NCBI GenBank assembly: GCA_036788695.1
Contig: DAIQMY010000001.1
Span: 313,773-377,772, forward strand
From: Candidatus Levyibacteriota bacterium
GTDB lineage: Bacteria > Patescibacteriota > Microgenomatia > Levybacterales > GWA1-39-11
DNA: 64,000 nt
Direction: 5' to 3'
Shown here piece after piece: positions 29,617 through 39,398 of this stretch; the stretch's first letter is position 1; every line of letters starts with the position of its first letter. Under the pieces are notes generated by a model, which was not told where the DNA came from, ran no database searches, and saw only the letters and a program-made list of their open reading frames with translations. The translations under genes were made by a program, and so were the position numbers.

Positions 29617-29687
29617 CGGGATGTAGTATAGTGGTAGTACGCTGCGCTGGGGGTGCAGTAGTCCGCGTTCGATTCGCGGCATCCCGA
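29617..29687 (+). tRNA. tRNA-Pro: tRNA-Pro (anticodon GGG)
   Basis: Hand-folded cloverleaf. Acceptor CGGGATG/CATCCCG. D-arm GTAT-AGTGGTA-GTAC. Anticodon stem CTGCG/TGCAG with loop CTGGGGG, anticodon GGG at 34-36. T-arm CCGCG-TTCGATT-CGCGG. Discriminator A. No encoded CCA. Confidence 0.85.
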
Positions 29688-29750
29688 CTGAATGAAATAG
29701 GAAAGAATTTTTTAATCATGTTTTCGGTATTGGCTTGATATATTAAAAAA

Positions 29751-30347
29751 ATGAATCTGCTTACTTTTTTTCTTCAAAATAATATCCAAATAATCCTAGG
29801 CATCCATATAGTAGGTGTAGTAATAGGTTTTGGAGGAGCAATAGTCACTGATATACTTTTCTTAAAATTCATAAAAGATGGCAAGATCGTGTCATACGAA
29901 TTAAATATTCTTGCAACTATGTCAAAAATAATTTGGACTGGCATTTTGCTCATCTGTATTTCTGGTCTTTTTATTTTACTTTCAGATATAGATCGTTATA
30001 CTCATTCGGCAAAATTCCTACTTAAAATGTTTGTTGTATGGGTAATAGTTATCAATGGATTATTTTTAAATTTTGTTGTGACACCAAAATTACCCACAAT
30101 CAATTTTAGGGACGTAAGTCACTTAGGGGACAAGACAAAAAACATAAGGAAATTAGTATTTGTATCTGGTGCAATTTCGGCAACCTCCTGGTGGACTGTT
30201 TTTATTTTAGGAATGTTGCGTGTCTCCCCTGCATCATTTTTAGTTCTCCTTAGTTTCTATCTGTTGATAGTAATAACTGCAATTATTGGAAGTCTCGTTG
30301 TAAATAGTTTACTGAGCAAGGGTATTCTTAAGCTTCCTTCTTTGTAG
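29751..30347 (+). CDS. Polytopic membrane protein, hypothetical
   Basis: 198 aa, ~5 predicted TM helices. Confidence 0.45.
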   Translation: MNLLTFFLQNNIQIILGIHIVGVVIGFGGAIVTDILFLKFIKDGKIVSYELNILATMSKIIWTGILLICISGLFILLSDIDRYTHSAKFLLKMFVVWVIVINGLFLNFVVTPKLPTINFRDVSHLGDKTKNIRKLVFVSGAISATSWWTVFILGMLRVSPASFLVLLSFYLLIVITAIIGSLVVNSLLSKGILKLPSL

Positions 30348-30383
30348 CGTTTAGGAAAAATTTAAATTATAATCGAGCAATAA

Positions 30384-30779
30384 GTGCATATGAATTTTAA
30401 AAGACCACGTGGATTTCTTCGATTGGGAGGAATAATCATTTTTATTATTGGGCTATTTGGAATTGCCGGTCTTATAGGTCCAAGTCCTTCTCAAAGTATT
30501 TTCCGTTCGTATTGGTGGCTAGGAGAGAAGGAGAGTCTAGTATTTTTTATTACAGGATTAGTTTTGTTTTTTATATCATTTACCTTTCCTGCACTTTGGC
30601 AAAGATATATAGTAATTATATTCGGTATTATAGAGATATTAATTGGTTCATTTGCTTTTTTTGGCCAAAGTATATTTGGAGTAAACCTTGAGAATCCCTC
30701 TGATCTTATATTCCATTTTATTATTGGTGGATGGGCAATATATTCAGTGTATGGGATGCCCAGGGGTAAACGAGCATGA
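30384..30779 (+). CDS. Small membrane protein, hypothetical
   Basis: 131 aa, 4 hydrophobic segments. Confidence 0.4.
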   Translation: MHMNFKRPRGFLRLGGIIIFIIGLFGIAGLIGPSPSQSIFRSYWWLGEKESLVFFITGLVLFFISFTFPALWQRYIVIIFGIIEILIGSFAFFGQSIFGVNLENPSDLIFHFIIGGWAIYSVYGMPRGKRA

Positions 30780-31111
30780 AAGATTTATTAAACAAAAAAT
30801 GTGTTCCATGTGAAGGCGGGACATTGCCATTCACGAATGAGCAGATTGAGGAATACAAAAAAGAAATAGCTCAGAATTGGCAAGTTATAAATGAGGGGAA
30901 AAAACTATACAGAAAATTTAAACTAGAAAATTTCAAAAAAGCAATGGTTTTAGTGAATGAAATTGCTAAAATATCAGAACAGGAGCAGCATCATCCTGAT
31001 ATTAAAATATTCTACAATATAGTTGAGATAACACTGTGGACACACGCAATCGCGGGACTATCTGAAAATGATTTTGTGGTTGCTGCAAAAATTGACGCGC
31101 TTGCACAGTAG
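30776..31111 (+). CDS. Pterin-4a-carbinolamine dehydratase (PCD/DCoH family)
   Basis: EQHHPDIKIFYNIVEITLWTHAIAGLS matches the PCD signature [E]-x3-H-H-P-x5,6-[YW]-x12-H-x3-G-L-S. Confidence 0.75.
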   Translation: MKDLLNKKCVPCEGGTLPFTNEQIEEYKKEIAQNWQVINEGKKLYRKFKLENFKKAMVLVNEIAKISEQEQHHPDIKIFYNIVEITLWTHAIAGLSENDFVVAAKIDALAQ

Positions 31112-31126
31112 ATGATTTGAAGTAAT

Positions 31127-31846
31127 TTGGATATGAAAGTGTTTTTGGGAACTAAGAAAGATAAGGTAACGGTTTTTGCAAAAGAGGCGCTTTATAAAAT
31201 ATTTACCGATCACTACAACAAGCATATATTATTTCTTACTTCTGGTGGATCCTCGTTTAGATTATTGGATGCATTAGATAATTTGCCCCCTTATGTATCC
31301 ATTGGTGTTTTAGATGAGAGGTATAGTAAAGACCCAAAGGTAAATAATTTTTCACAACTTACAAAAACACAATTTTATATACGTTCAGAAAAAAGATTTG
31401 AACAAATTCTTCATACTGCAGTACATGCGGATGAGTCCCTTGATTCTTTTTCAAACAGATTTGAAGCCCTTATGAGAGGATGGAAGGCTCAATTTCCGGA
31501 CGGGATAGTAGTTGCAACATTGGGAATGGGAAAAGACGGGCATATTTCTGGAATAATGCCATTTCCAGAAGATAATGTGGTGTTTGAAAAGTTATTTAAC
31601 AATTCGAGGAATTGGGTTGTTGGATATGATGTAGGGAATAAAAACCCGTATCGGTATCGGGTAACTACAACGTTGCCATTTTTAAGAAATGAAGTAGACT
31701 TTGCTGTTGCATACATTACGGGTGAAGAAAAAAAAGACGCATTGGATATGTGTCTTGCAGATGATGGTGAGGTAAACAATATTCCTGCCCGGGTGATGCA
31801 TGACATGAAGAATGTGACAGTTTTTACAGATATAGAAACAAAGTGA
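31127..31846 (+). CDS. 6-phosphogluconolactonase/glucosamine-6-P deaminase family protein
   Basis: LTSGGSSF and LGMGKDGHISGIMPFP motifs (compare LSGGSTP / LGMGEDGHTASLFP). Confidence 0.65.
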   Translation: MDMKVFLGTKKDKVTVFAKEALYKIFTDHYNKHILFLTSGGSSFRLLDALDNLPPYVSIGVLDERYSKDPKVNNFSQLTKTQFYIRSEKRFEQILHTAVHADESLDSFSNRFEALMRGWKAQFPDGIVVATLGMGKDGHISGIMPFPEDNVVFEKLFNNSRNWVVGYDVGNKNPYRYRVTTTLPFLRNEVDFAVAYITGEEKKDALDMCLADDGEVNNIPARVMHDMKNVTVFTDIETK

Positions 31847-31848
31847 TG

Positions 31849-32838
31849 TTACTTTCTTGAAATGACTTTTTTTACAGAAGTTATGATGTCTGGTGTATCC
31901 ATATGATATTTTTTTAATAATTCATCAGGTTTTCCTGACTCACCAAAAATATCTTGAAGTCCAATTCTTTCAAGAGGAGTAGGAAGTTGTTCTGAAAATA
32001 TTTCAGCAAGTAATCCACCCAACCCTCCTGCTACTTGATGATCTTCTACTGACACTGCTGCGCGGGTTTTTTTGACTGATTCTATGACGGATTCTCTGTC
32101 AAGAGGTTTTATAGACGCAATATTAAGAACTTCTGTGTTAATTCCCTCTTCTGCTAATTGTTTTGCAGCCATGAGCGCATAGTAGAGCATATATCCTGTT
32201 GCAAATAGAGATACCTGTGGATTTTCTCCTATCCAATAGACGTATGCCTTCCCTTCCTCGAATGGGGTCTCAGAGGTTGTTATAATAGGGGTCTTATCGC
32301 GTGTGAAACGCATATACACAGGTCCCATGACGTTTCCTGCGAGAATAGTAGCTCGTTCACCCTCTAATGCGTCACAGGGCACAAAAACGCGGATATTTGG
32401 CCAAACACGGGTAATTGCGATATCTTCTGTTGCCTGGTGAGTTGCCCCATCCGGTCCGGTCATGATGCCTGCGTGGTGACCGGCTATCTTTGCATTTGCA
32501 TCGTTGTATACAATTGTTGTTCTAATTTGTTCCCAGTTTCTTCCAGGAGAGAAGGTTGCATATGAAGAAATAAATGGAATTTTCCCACTTACGCCTAATC
32601 CTGCTGCTATAGCTGCCATATTTTGCTCTGCTACTCCTACCTCAAAATAGCGATCACTATATTTTTTTGCAAACGCCTCAACTTTAGTTGAATCGGTGAG
32701 ATCCGCACAAAGCGCGACTACATTTGGATTTGTATCACCTAGTTTTATAAGTCCAGTTCCATACCCTGAACGTGTTGCATCCTTCTCAACATTTTCATCA
32801 AACAATTTTGGGTTTAATTTTAAGACTGGGTTTAACAT
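31849..32838 (-). CDS. Transketolase, C-terminal (pyrimidine-binding) subunit of split enzyme
   Basis: 329 aa. AEQNMAAIAAGL, G.THQ motifs. Adjacent to the N-terminal subunit gene. Confidence 0.85.
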   Translation of the reverse strand: MLNPVLKLNPKLFDENVEKDATRSGYGTGLIKLGDTNPNVVALCADLTDSTKVEAFAKKYSDRYFEVGVAEQNMAAIAAGLGVSGKIPFISSYATFSPGRNWEQIRTTIVYNDANAKIAGHHAGIMTGPDGATHQATEDIAITRVWPNIRVFVPCDALEGERATILAGNVMGPVYMRFTRDKTPIITTSETPFEEGKAYVYWIGENPQVSLFATGYMLYYALMAAKQLAEEGINTEVLNIASIKPLDRESVIESVKKTRAAVSVEDHQVAGGLGGLLAEIFSEQLPTPLERIGLQDIFGESGKPDELLKKYHMDTPDIITSVKKVISRK

Positions 32839-32851
32839 AGTGCTCAGATAA

Positions 32852-33721
32852 TTAGATTAATTTACTATTTCCCTTTAACTTTTCCAGTAATGCATTTAAC
32901 TCGCCTAGTGCTTTTGCCGCCTCATCCTTGTTGGGGGCCTTGCCGTGCCAGAGATAATCATTTTCCATAAATGACACGTTTTTACCAGGAATTGTGTGTG
33001 CTATTATACAGGTTGGTCTTCCATGTGTTTTTCTAGCACTTTGAACAGCTTGGACAAATCCCGCCATGTCATGCCCGTCTACTTCATACACGTTCCAGTT
33101 AAATGATTCGTATTTTAATCGTAAAACTTCAAGGGGCACAATTTTTTCTGTAAGTCCATCTATTTGGATCATATTTCTATCAATTACTACAGTAAGATTA
33201 TCTAGCTCATATTTAGGTGCAAGCATCACTGCTTCCCACGTGTTGCCTTCTTGGTGTTCACCATCTGAGGTAAGACAATATACATGCCAATCTTTTTTAT
33301 CCATTTTTGCAGCCAAAGCCATTCCTATAGCTTGAGACAGTCCTTCTCCAAGTGGTCCTGAAGTGTTTTCAACTCCTGGAGTAACCCCTCTATGAGGGTG
33401 TCCTTGGAGTGGAGAATTAATTTTTCTAAGCGTATTTAGCCAATCAAGCGGGAAATACCCTGCTTTTGCGAGAGTGGCGTATAGGACGGGGCATATATGA
33501 CCATTTGATAGAACTAGTCTGTCTCGGTCTTCCCATAATGGTTTTTTAGGATCTTTGTTGAGAATATGAAAATACATACAGGTAAAGATATCTGACATTC
33601 CAAGTGACCCTCCTGGATGACCCGAGCCTGCTTCTTCAAGCATTTTTATAATCAGTATTTGAATTTCTGTTGAAATAACTTGCAGGCTATAGATTTCTTG
33701 TTGTGTAATGTTTGTAATCAT
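32852..33721 (-). CDS. Transketolase, N-terminal (TPP-binding) subunit of split enzyme
   Basis: 289 aa. GHPGGSLGMSD, SDGEHQEGNTWEA (thiamin-diphosphate binding). Confidence 0.85.
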   Translation of the reverse strand: MITNITQQEIYSLQVISTEIQILIIKMLEEAGSGHPGGSLGMSDIFTCMYFHILNKDPKKPLWEDRDRLVLSNGHICPVLYATLAKAGYFPLDWLNTLRKINSPLQGHPHRGVTPGVENTSGPLGEGLSQAIGMALAAKMDKKDWHVYCLTSDGEHQEGNTWEAVMLAPKYELDNLTVVIDRNMIQIDGLTEKIVPLEVLRLKYESFNWNVYEVDGHDMAGFVQAVQSARKTHGRPTCIIAHTIPGKNVSFMENDYLWHGKAPNKDEAAKALGELNALLEKLKGNSKLI

Positions 33722-33758
33722 ATAAAATATTGTTCAAAAAGACACAAGTAAAGTATTA

Positions 33759-35042
33759 TTAGTATTTATACACGATAAATAAATCTGAAACATTGCTGGG
33801 TAGTCTTCCTGTTTCGATTCCATCTCCGACTTTTTCAAAAAAAACGAGACTATCATTCTTTTGGAGACTTGTGTTTATGTCCAATTGTAATTCTTCAGCG
33901 CGTGTTTTTGTGCTCGTATCTCCAATTGCGCCCGCAAGTTTACTGTTATCCCAACCATCTGAATCAAAGGAACACAGAATTGTGCTTTCAGGCATATCCT
34001 CAAGTGTTCCCAAGACTACTTCTTGGTTTCTTCCTCCTGCCCCCCCTCCCGCTACATGCACTGTGGTTTCTCCTCCTGCAAGTAGTATGCTTTTGGGTTT
34101 TGTGAGTTCAATAAGTGTTTTGCCCGCGGTTTTTGCTTCATGCTCAAATTTATCGCTATAGATTTCTGCGTCAATTTGGAATATATGTGCCTTATCTTGC
34201 ATTGCTGATAAAGCACTATTATTTGAAAGCATTATGATATTTGTAATATTTTGAAATAGTGATTTTTCTTTTGGGGTTTCAAGAAGGGAATCTAACGCAA
34301 ACGGTAAGACTTTTTGCATGTTATACTTCTCAATTATTGCTTTTGCATCAGCCACAGTTCCTTCATCATACACTGTAGGACCAGAAGCTATTACCGACAA
34401 GTCATTTCCTGGTACATCAGAAAAGATAAGACTTACAACACGGGATGGGAAAAGTGCCTTTGCGAGTCCTCCACCTTTAACTTCTGACAAATGTTTCCGA
34501 ACAGTGTTCATTTCAGATATTGTTGCACCAGATTTGAGAAGTTCTTTATTGACTTCTATTTTTTGATCAAGCGATATTTTATTTGGTGCGACAAGCATTG
34601 CAGAGCCGCCACCGCAGATAACTACAAGAACTAAATCCCTTTCATTTAGTTGGAGGGTTGCTAAGCGTTTTAATAATGCTTGGGTGAATGCGGCATTTAT
34701 TGTGGAAGGAAGCGGATGAGACCCATTTGTGAAATGAATTTTTGTAAACTGTTCAGGATTTGTGTCTATTACGTGTCCTTCTGTAAGTTTTTCACCTAGT
34801 TTTTCCTCAATAATCTTTGCAATGCCTGCGGATCCCTTCCCGAAACCAACAAGAAAAACTCTTTCAAATAGTGATATGTCAAATGATTGATCTGAGATAG
34901 TTAACATGTTTCCAATCAGCTTGAAGTTGTTATTCATTACGTGGTTAGGCTGGATTGACATGAAAGCTGCTTCTACAAGCTCTAAAACTATTTTTCTTTC
35001 ATTGGTAGTTGAAAGCGTGGATACGTTTTTAATAAAAGCCAT
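33759..35042 (-). CDS. Glycerate 2-kinase / hydroxypyruvate reductase-like (MOFRL family)
   Basis: LLAGGETTVHV..GGAGGRNQE signature of the MOFRL family. Confidence 0.65.
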   Translation of the reverse strand: MAFIKNVSTLSTTNERKIVLELVEAAFMSIQPNHVMNNNFKLIGNMLTISDQSFDISLFERVFLVGFGKGSAGIAKIIEEKLGEKLTEGHVIDTNPEQFTKIHFTNGSHPLPSTINAAFTQALLKRLATLQLNERDLVLVVICGGGSAMLVAPNKISLDQKIEVNKELLKSGATISEMNTVRKHLSEVKGGGLAKALFPSRVVSLIFSDVPGNDLSVIASGPTVYDEGTVADAKAIIEKYNMQKVLPFALDSLLETPKEKSLFQNITNIIMLSNNSALSAMQDKAHIFQIDAEIYSDKFEHEAKTAGKTLIELTKPKSILLAGGETTVHVAGGGAGGRNQEVVLGTLEDMPESTILCSFDSDGWDNSKLAGAIGDTSTKTRAEELQLDINTSLQKNDSLVFFEKVGDGIETGRLPSNVSDLFIVYKY

Positions 35043-35107
35043 GTATCTAGTATCTAGTATTTTATATCTAGTATCAAGTATGTTTGATGGTGCCAGATTG
35101 CAGGTTT

Positions 35108-35857
35108 CTATTTTTGTGTTTTACCGTGTTTCCAGTTGGCTGATTTCAAGAAAGTAGAGTATACATCATCGTCTATGTCTATGTTGGATGCTGATATTTC
35201 CGCGTCTGTTGGGTTGTGTTCTTGGAAGACTACAAATGGGACATCAGTAATTACACTAAGTGGTGTTTGTTCTATTGTTTCTCCCATAAGGACAACTGCG
35301 GCGGCTGCAAGTCCGTCCATAATGTTTACTTTTGTCATTTTAAATTCCCGACCAAAAAGATCTTTTGAGCCGATATGGTCATTTATTGCCTGAAAACCGC
35401 TGTGTGCAAGTCCAATTCCCGTTACTCCCCATCTAAGCGGTGTAGTTTTACTGTCCGTAATAAGAATTCCTAAGTTTTTAATTTTATGTTTTTCTCTTAA
35501 GTAAGTACGAATTTTATTTGCGCTTTCTTGTGCATTTTTTGGCCAAAAAACAAAATAGCCATTCGTATTTGATTCATCAATCCCCGCTGTTGCGGCTAAA
35601 ATATTATTCTTAATAGTAATATACACCCCGTATTTGTTTTCCTCTTTTGGAAGATATAAATTAGCTTCGCGCGCAACCAATTCATCTTTTGTAGATGCGG
35701 ATTCAGGAAGCATGTTTCCTTCACAGATTGCAACTATTTTTGAGGTTATAGCAATAATTGAGTTTTCCTCAAGCGGGGGCAGATACATATCTAGTATTGG
35801 GAATATATCAGTATCTTCAGCTGTGATCTTATGAGTCTTTATAGATATAATTTGCAT
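35108..35857 (-). CDS. CofE-like (F420-0:gamma-glutamyl ligase family fold) protein
   Basis: IAITSKIVAICEGN and ITDSKTTPLRWGVTGIGLAHSG resemble CofE-family motifs. Function in this organism is unclear. Confidence 0.4.
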   Translation of the reverse strand: MQIISIKTHKITAEDTDIFPILDMYLPPLEENSIIAITSKIVAICEGNMLPESASTKDELVAREANLYLPKEENKYGVYITIKNNILAATAGIDESNTNGYFVFWPKNAQESANKIRTYLREKHKIKNLGILITDSKTTPLRWGVTGIGLAHSGFQAINDHIGSKDLFGREFKMTKVNIMDGLAAAAVVLMGETIEQTPLSVITDVPFVVFQEHNPTDAEISASNIDIDDDVYSTFLKSANWKHGKTQK

Positions 35858-35860
35858 GAT

Positions 35861-37471
35861 TTACCTTGCGTATGGGTTACTCAATTCTCCGGCAGATGGA
35901 GAGACTTTGTCAACAAGTATTGATTCTCTTGCATGCAGTGTTTTTATGTCAGGGACTCTTTGAAACACTAGTCCTACAGAAATAGCATAAAGAATTCGTT
36001 CTATATTTCTTGTGATTGATTTTCTGTCAGATAAATTATCGGGTTCAAACATGCCATTACCTTTACACAACATTCTAACTCCACCCTCACCCTCTGGAAA
36101 TCGTATTCTTCCTTGTTCATCGAAGCTATCTGGCCTCCATGTTTTAGCTGAATTTGATGCTTCACCCCCATATAATACCCACCAATTTTTTTGGGGATCT
36201 TCAAAAACATATTTTCCACTCCCTGCAATACTTACTCCTATCTCTCCTGGTTTTGATAAGTAATGAGCTCCGAGAGAAAGTGCAGTTATCATATGACTTC
36301 CAACCCCACCACCCTCAATCCCGATAGGTACTTGCAAGTTTGCTTCGCGTAAATCATAAAGTAGGTTTGGTGTATTCACTGGGATATCTGCATTTATTGA
36401 TGTAGTACATTGACTTCCTCCAGCGACTCCAATAATTATTGAGTCACAGCCTGCATTAACGGCTGCTCTTGCAGTTTTTACGTCCATTATTTGACCTGCT
36501 ATCACATTGACAGAATTTTTTTGAAAGCTTGGATGCTTTCTAAGTGCGTCTACCGTTTCTACTATTTCATGTCCTCCTTCGGGAGAATAAATTCTAAACA
36601 TAGTGCAGCCCTTTTCAAGTAACAATTCAGATCGTTTTATTCCTTTGGGAGATGCTTCAATAGCTGCTCCAACATTTTTGATCCAGGAGTTTCTTAATGT
36701 GTCTATGTAATCTTTATATGCTTTTTCAGGTTTAAATTCTTCAGAAGATCTCCCTTGTATTTCCCAAAATTTTATTAAATCACTTTCAGTAGGTGTCATC
36801 ATTTCTGTAATTGGGTAAGTTCTTAAATCATCTATAACCTGTCCTATTAAAAGTGCTTGCTTTTTTGGATCTCCCCATATTTTATCTCGGGATGCTGTAA
36901 CCATTACTCCTGACTGCGCTGCCTTTCTGTAGGATTCTCTGCTTGCCACATCAGGAACTGCTCCAAGCATAATAGGCATTCTTCCTTGTCCCATGATTGG
37001 AACGTTTAAGAGGCTAGGATATGCATCTTGAGATCTACTAATTCTTTTTTTTCCTTCAGGAGATGGTGAAGTAGTTCTCAGGTCGTCAAATGAAACAATT
37101 TGTCCTTCAGATTTTAAACTTCGCATGACCGGAGAAGTAGCCTCTGAGTTTATTGGGTTTGTAAGAGTTGCCTGAATCCTTTCAAGAAATTTTTCAGGAG
37201 TGTTCCATTGGTCTATGTCTTTTTTTTCTGACTCCTCAATAGTATGTTTTATTTCTTCAGGGATTTTTATAAGACGGGTACCTTCAGGCAGTAATTTATG
37301 ATCATGGGTGGATATTAGAGGAATTTCCCCCATAACTAATGCATGATCAATGTCTGTTTTTAACAATTCTGCAATAAGCGCTGTTTGGGAGACATAGTGC
37401 GTTAATGCTCCCAAGCTTTCTCTTGTTGGGTTATATTTTCTAGATTTATTCTCTGTATCCAAGGGGTGCAT
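35861..37471 (-). CDS. IMP dehydrogenase/GMP reductase-family TIM-barrel protein with long N-terminal extension
   Basis: IIGVAGGSQCTTS (catalytic CTT loop) and IGIEGGGVGSHMITALSLGA (phosphate-binding). 536 aa, with an unassigned ~250-aa N-terminal region. Confidence 0.5.
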   Translation of the reverse strand: MHPLDTENKSRKYNPTRESLGALTHYVSQTALIAELLKTDIDHALVMGEIPLISTHDHKLLPEGTRLIKIPEEIKHTIEESEKKDIDQWNTPEKFLERIQATLTNPINSEATSPVMRSLKSEGQIVSFDDLRTTSPSPEGKKRISRSQDAYPSLLNVPIMGQGRMPIMLGAVPDVASRESYRKAAQSGVMVTASRDKIWGDPKKQALLIGQVIDDLRTYPITEMMTPTESDLIKFWEIQGRSSEEFKPEKAYKDYIDTLRNSWIKNVGAAIEASPKGIKRSELLLEKGCTMFRIYSPEGGHEIVETVDALRKHPSFQKNSVNVIAGQIMDVKTARAAVNAGCDSIIIGVAGGSQCTTSINADIPVNTPNLLYDLREANLQVPIGIEGGGVGSHMITALSLGAHYLSKPGEIGVSIAGSGKYVFEDPQKNWWVLYGGEASNSAKTWRPDSFDEQGRIRFPEGEGGVRMLCKGNGMFEPDNLSDRKSITRNIERILYAISVGLVFQRVPDIKTLHARESILVDKVSPSAGELSNPYAR

Positions 37472-37842
37472 TATATCAATTAATGCCTATAGTTGTAAAG
37501 ATATTGCACGAGAAAGATTTACACATTAAGTTTCTTTTGCTTACACGAAGCATAAGTGCAAATTCGTCAGAAATGGATAAAATATCGACTGCAAACAGGA
37601 AAAGATCCGTTTTTTATAGTACATGGTTGGAGTCACCTTCTATATAGTATTTGAAAAGAGAGGTATAATCGATCTGTTCCATCATCTGCTTATAATATAA
37701 GACAGAATCATTTACAATGCATTAGGTTTTAGATATAATATGCAGTAGACACGATGGTGATGAGTAATTATGGTACGCACACACGCAATCATATCACCTC
37801 TTTAAGGCTTATTTAAAAGCTTTTTCTTCGTGTAATTAAATT

Positions 37843-39021
37843 ATGGCAGCACTAAAGACACTAGATCAATTACGTCAAGAATACATTGAGAAACTTGAGA
37901 AAGTTTCAGGTATTTCTAGGGACTCAGCAAAGCAAGAATTGCTTACTGAGGCAGAGCGTGATTCCTCAGAACAGCTTGCTAAGATAATACGAGAAACGGA
38001 AGATCAAGCAAAGCTCACCGCAAACCACAAAGTTCAAGAAATTTTAGTTGATGCCATGCGTCATGGTGCGCTTAACTACATTGCTGAGTATACAGTTTCA
38101 ACGATCAGAGTAGAATCAGAGGATGTAAAAGGTAGAATAATTGGAAAAGAGGGAAGAAACATACGTTCATTTGAAAATGCTACAGGAGTAGATGTTGATC
38201 TGGATGAGGAGGGAATTATTAGGCTCTCTTCTTTTGATCCAGTCAGGCGTGAAATAGCAAGACGTTCGCTAGAGGTGTTAATTAAGGATACTAGAATTCA
38301 ACCAGTAAGAATTGAGGAAGTTGTATCTGAAACTAAAAAAGAAGTAGATGCAATCTTGTTTGAAGAAGGAGAAAAGTTGGCGCATGAGGTAGGGGTATAT
38401 AATCTTCAACCAGACTTGTTATCTATGTTGGGAAGATTTAAGTTCCGCACATCTTTTGGACAGAATTTGGTAGTTCACACACTTGAGGAGACAAAAATTG
38501 GGATACAAATTGCATCAGAAATTGGAGCAAACGTAGATATAGTGCGTTTAGGGTGCTTATTTCATGACATAGGAAAGATTGTAAATGATAAAGAAGGAAG
38601 CCACGTTGCACTAGGAGTTGAGCTGCTACAAAAATACAAAATTTCAAAAGAAGTTATCAATTGTGTGGCAGAACATCATGAAGATAAGCCATTTTCATCA
38701 GTAGAGTCAGTTATTGTGCATATTGCAGATTCTATTTCTGGAGCACGTCCTGGAGCAAGACACGAAGACGTACAGGATTATGTAAAGCGTATTCGTGATA
38801 TGGAGGATATCGCAAAGAAATTTGATGGAGTTGATGATGCGTACGCATTTGAAGCAGGGCGTGAGCTTAGGGTAGTCATAAATCCTGGGAAATTAGATGA
38901 CATTGAAACCACCATAATTGCAAAGAAAATTAAGGAAGAGATTGACAGTAAGCTTATTGTTCCAGGTGTAGTACGAGTTACAGCAATCCGCGAATTTAGA
39001 TCCACAGAACCCAAGGAGTAA
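37843..39021 (+). CDS. rny: Ribonuclease Y (KH + HD domains; no N-terminal TM anchor in this ORF)
   Basis: Coiled-coil N-terminus. KH domain GRIIGKEGRNIR. HD domain HDIGK...HH. 392 aa, versus ~520 for B. subtilis RNase Y. Confidence 0.8.
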   Translation: MAALKTLDQLRQEYIEKLEKVSGISRDSAKQELLTEAERDSSEQLAKIIRETEDQAKLTANHKVQEILVDAMRHGALNYIAEYTVSTIRVESEDVKGRIIGKEGRNIRSFENATGVDVDLDEEGIIRLSSFDPVRREIARRSLEVLIKDTRIQPVRIEEVVSETKKEVDAILFEEGEKLAHEVGVYNLQPDLLSMLGRFKFRTSFGQNLVVHTLEETKIGIQIASEIGANVDIVRLGCLFHDIGKIVNDKEGSHVALGVELLQKYKISKEVINCVAEHHEDKPFSSVESVIVHIADSISGARPGARHEDVQDYVKRIRDMEDIAKKFDGVDDAYAFEAGRELRVVINPGKLDDIETTIIAKKIKEEIDSKLIVPGVVRVTAIREFRSTEPKE

Positions 39022-39035
39022 GAGTTGATTTAAAA

Positions 39036-39398
39036 ATGAGAACTGAAGTGCCACAGTTTGAGAAACTTATAAATGCTAATTCACCACGCCGTGAAGATTT
39101 TGGACCAGGAAAGGCAGGTGGTGCAGCCTACTTGCTAGTTCTGAAAAAGGAGCCTTGTGGCTTCATCGCAAGCGACCCCGTTAATAAGCAGGGCGGGAGC
39201 ATAGCGTGCGGTAAAGAGTCAATAGCTACATTAGATTTTGATTTTCCAATTACTAATGACTTGGAACACATTCCTGTATGTTCAGAAGAGCATTTTAGGT
39301 TAGTTCAAAATTCAATTAAAGAAGAGATTACTAACCTGGGTGAGTCGGGGGGCAGACCATGGATTTCATTTGGGATAAACGGATGGGGGCGTCATTAA
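39036..39398 (+). CDS. Hypothetical protein
   Basis: 120 aa, Gly/Cys-containing. No recognisable motif. Overlaps the downstream convergent gene by 4 nt. Confidence 0.35.
   Translation: MRTEVPQFEKLINANSPRREDFGPGKAGGAAYLLVLKKEPCGFIASDPVNKQGGSIACGKESIATLDFDFPITNDLEHIPVCSEEHFRLVQNSIKEEITNLGESGGRPWISFGINGWGRH

Noticed and set aside
29617-31120. tRNA-Pro-adjacent genomic island / mobile element
   Set aside because: No integrase, direct repeat of the tRNA 3' end, or phage-like genes downstream. The neighbours are membrane and metabolic genes.
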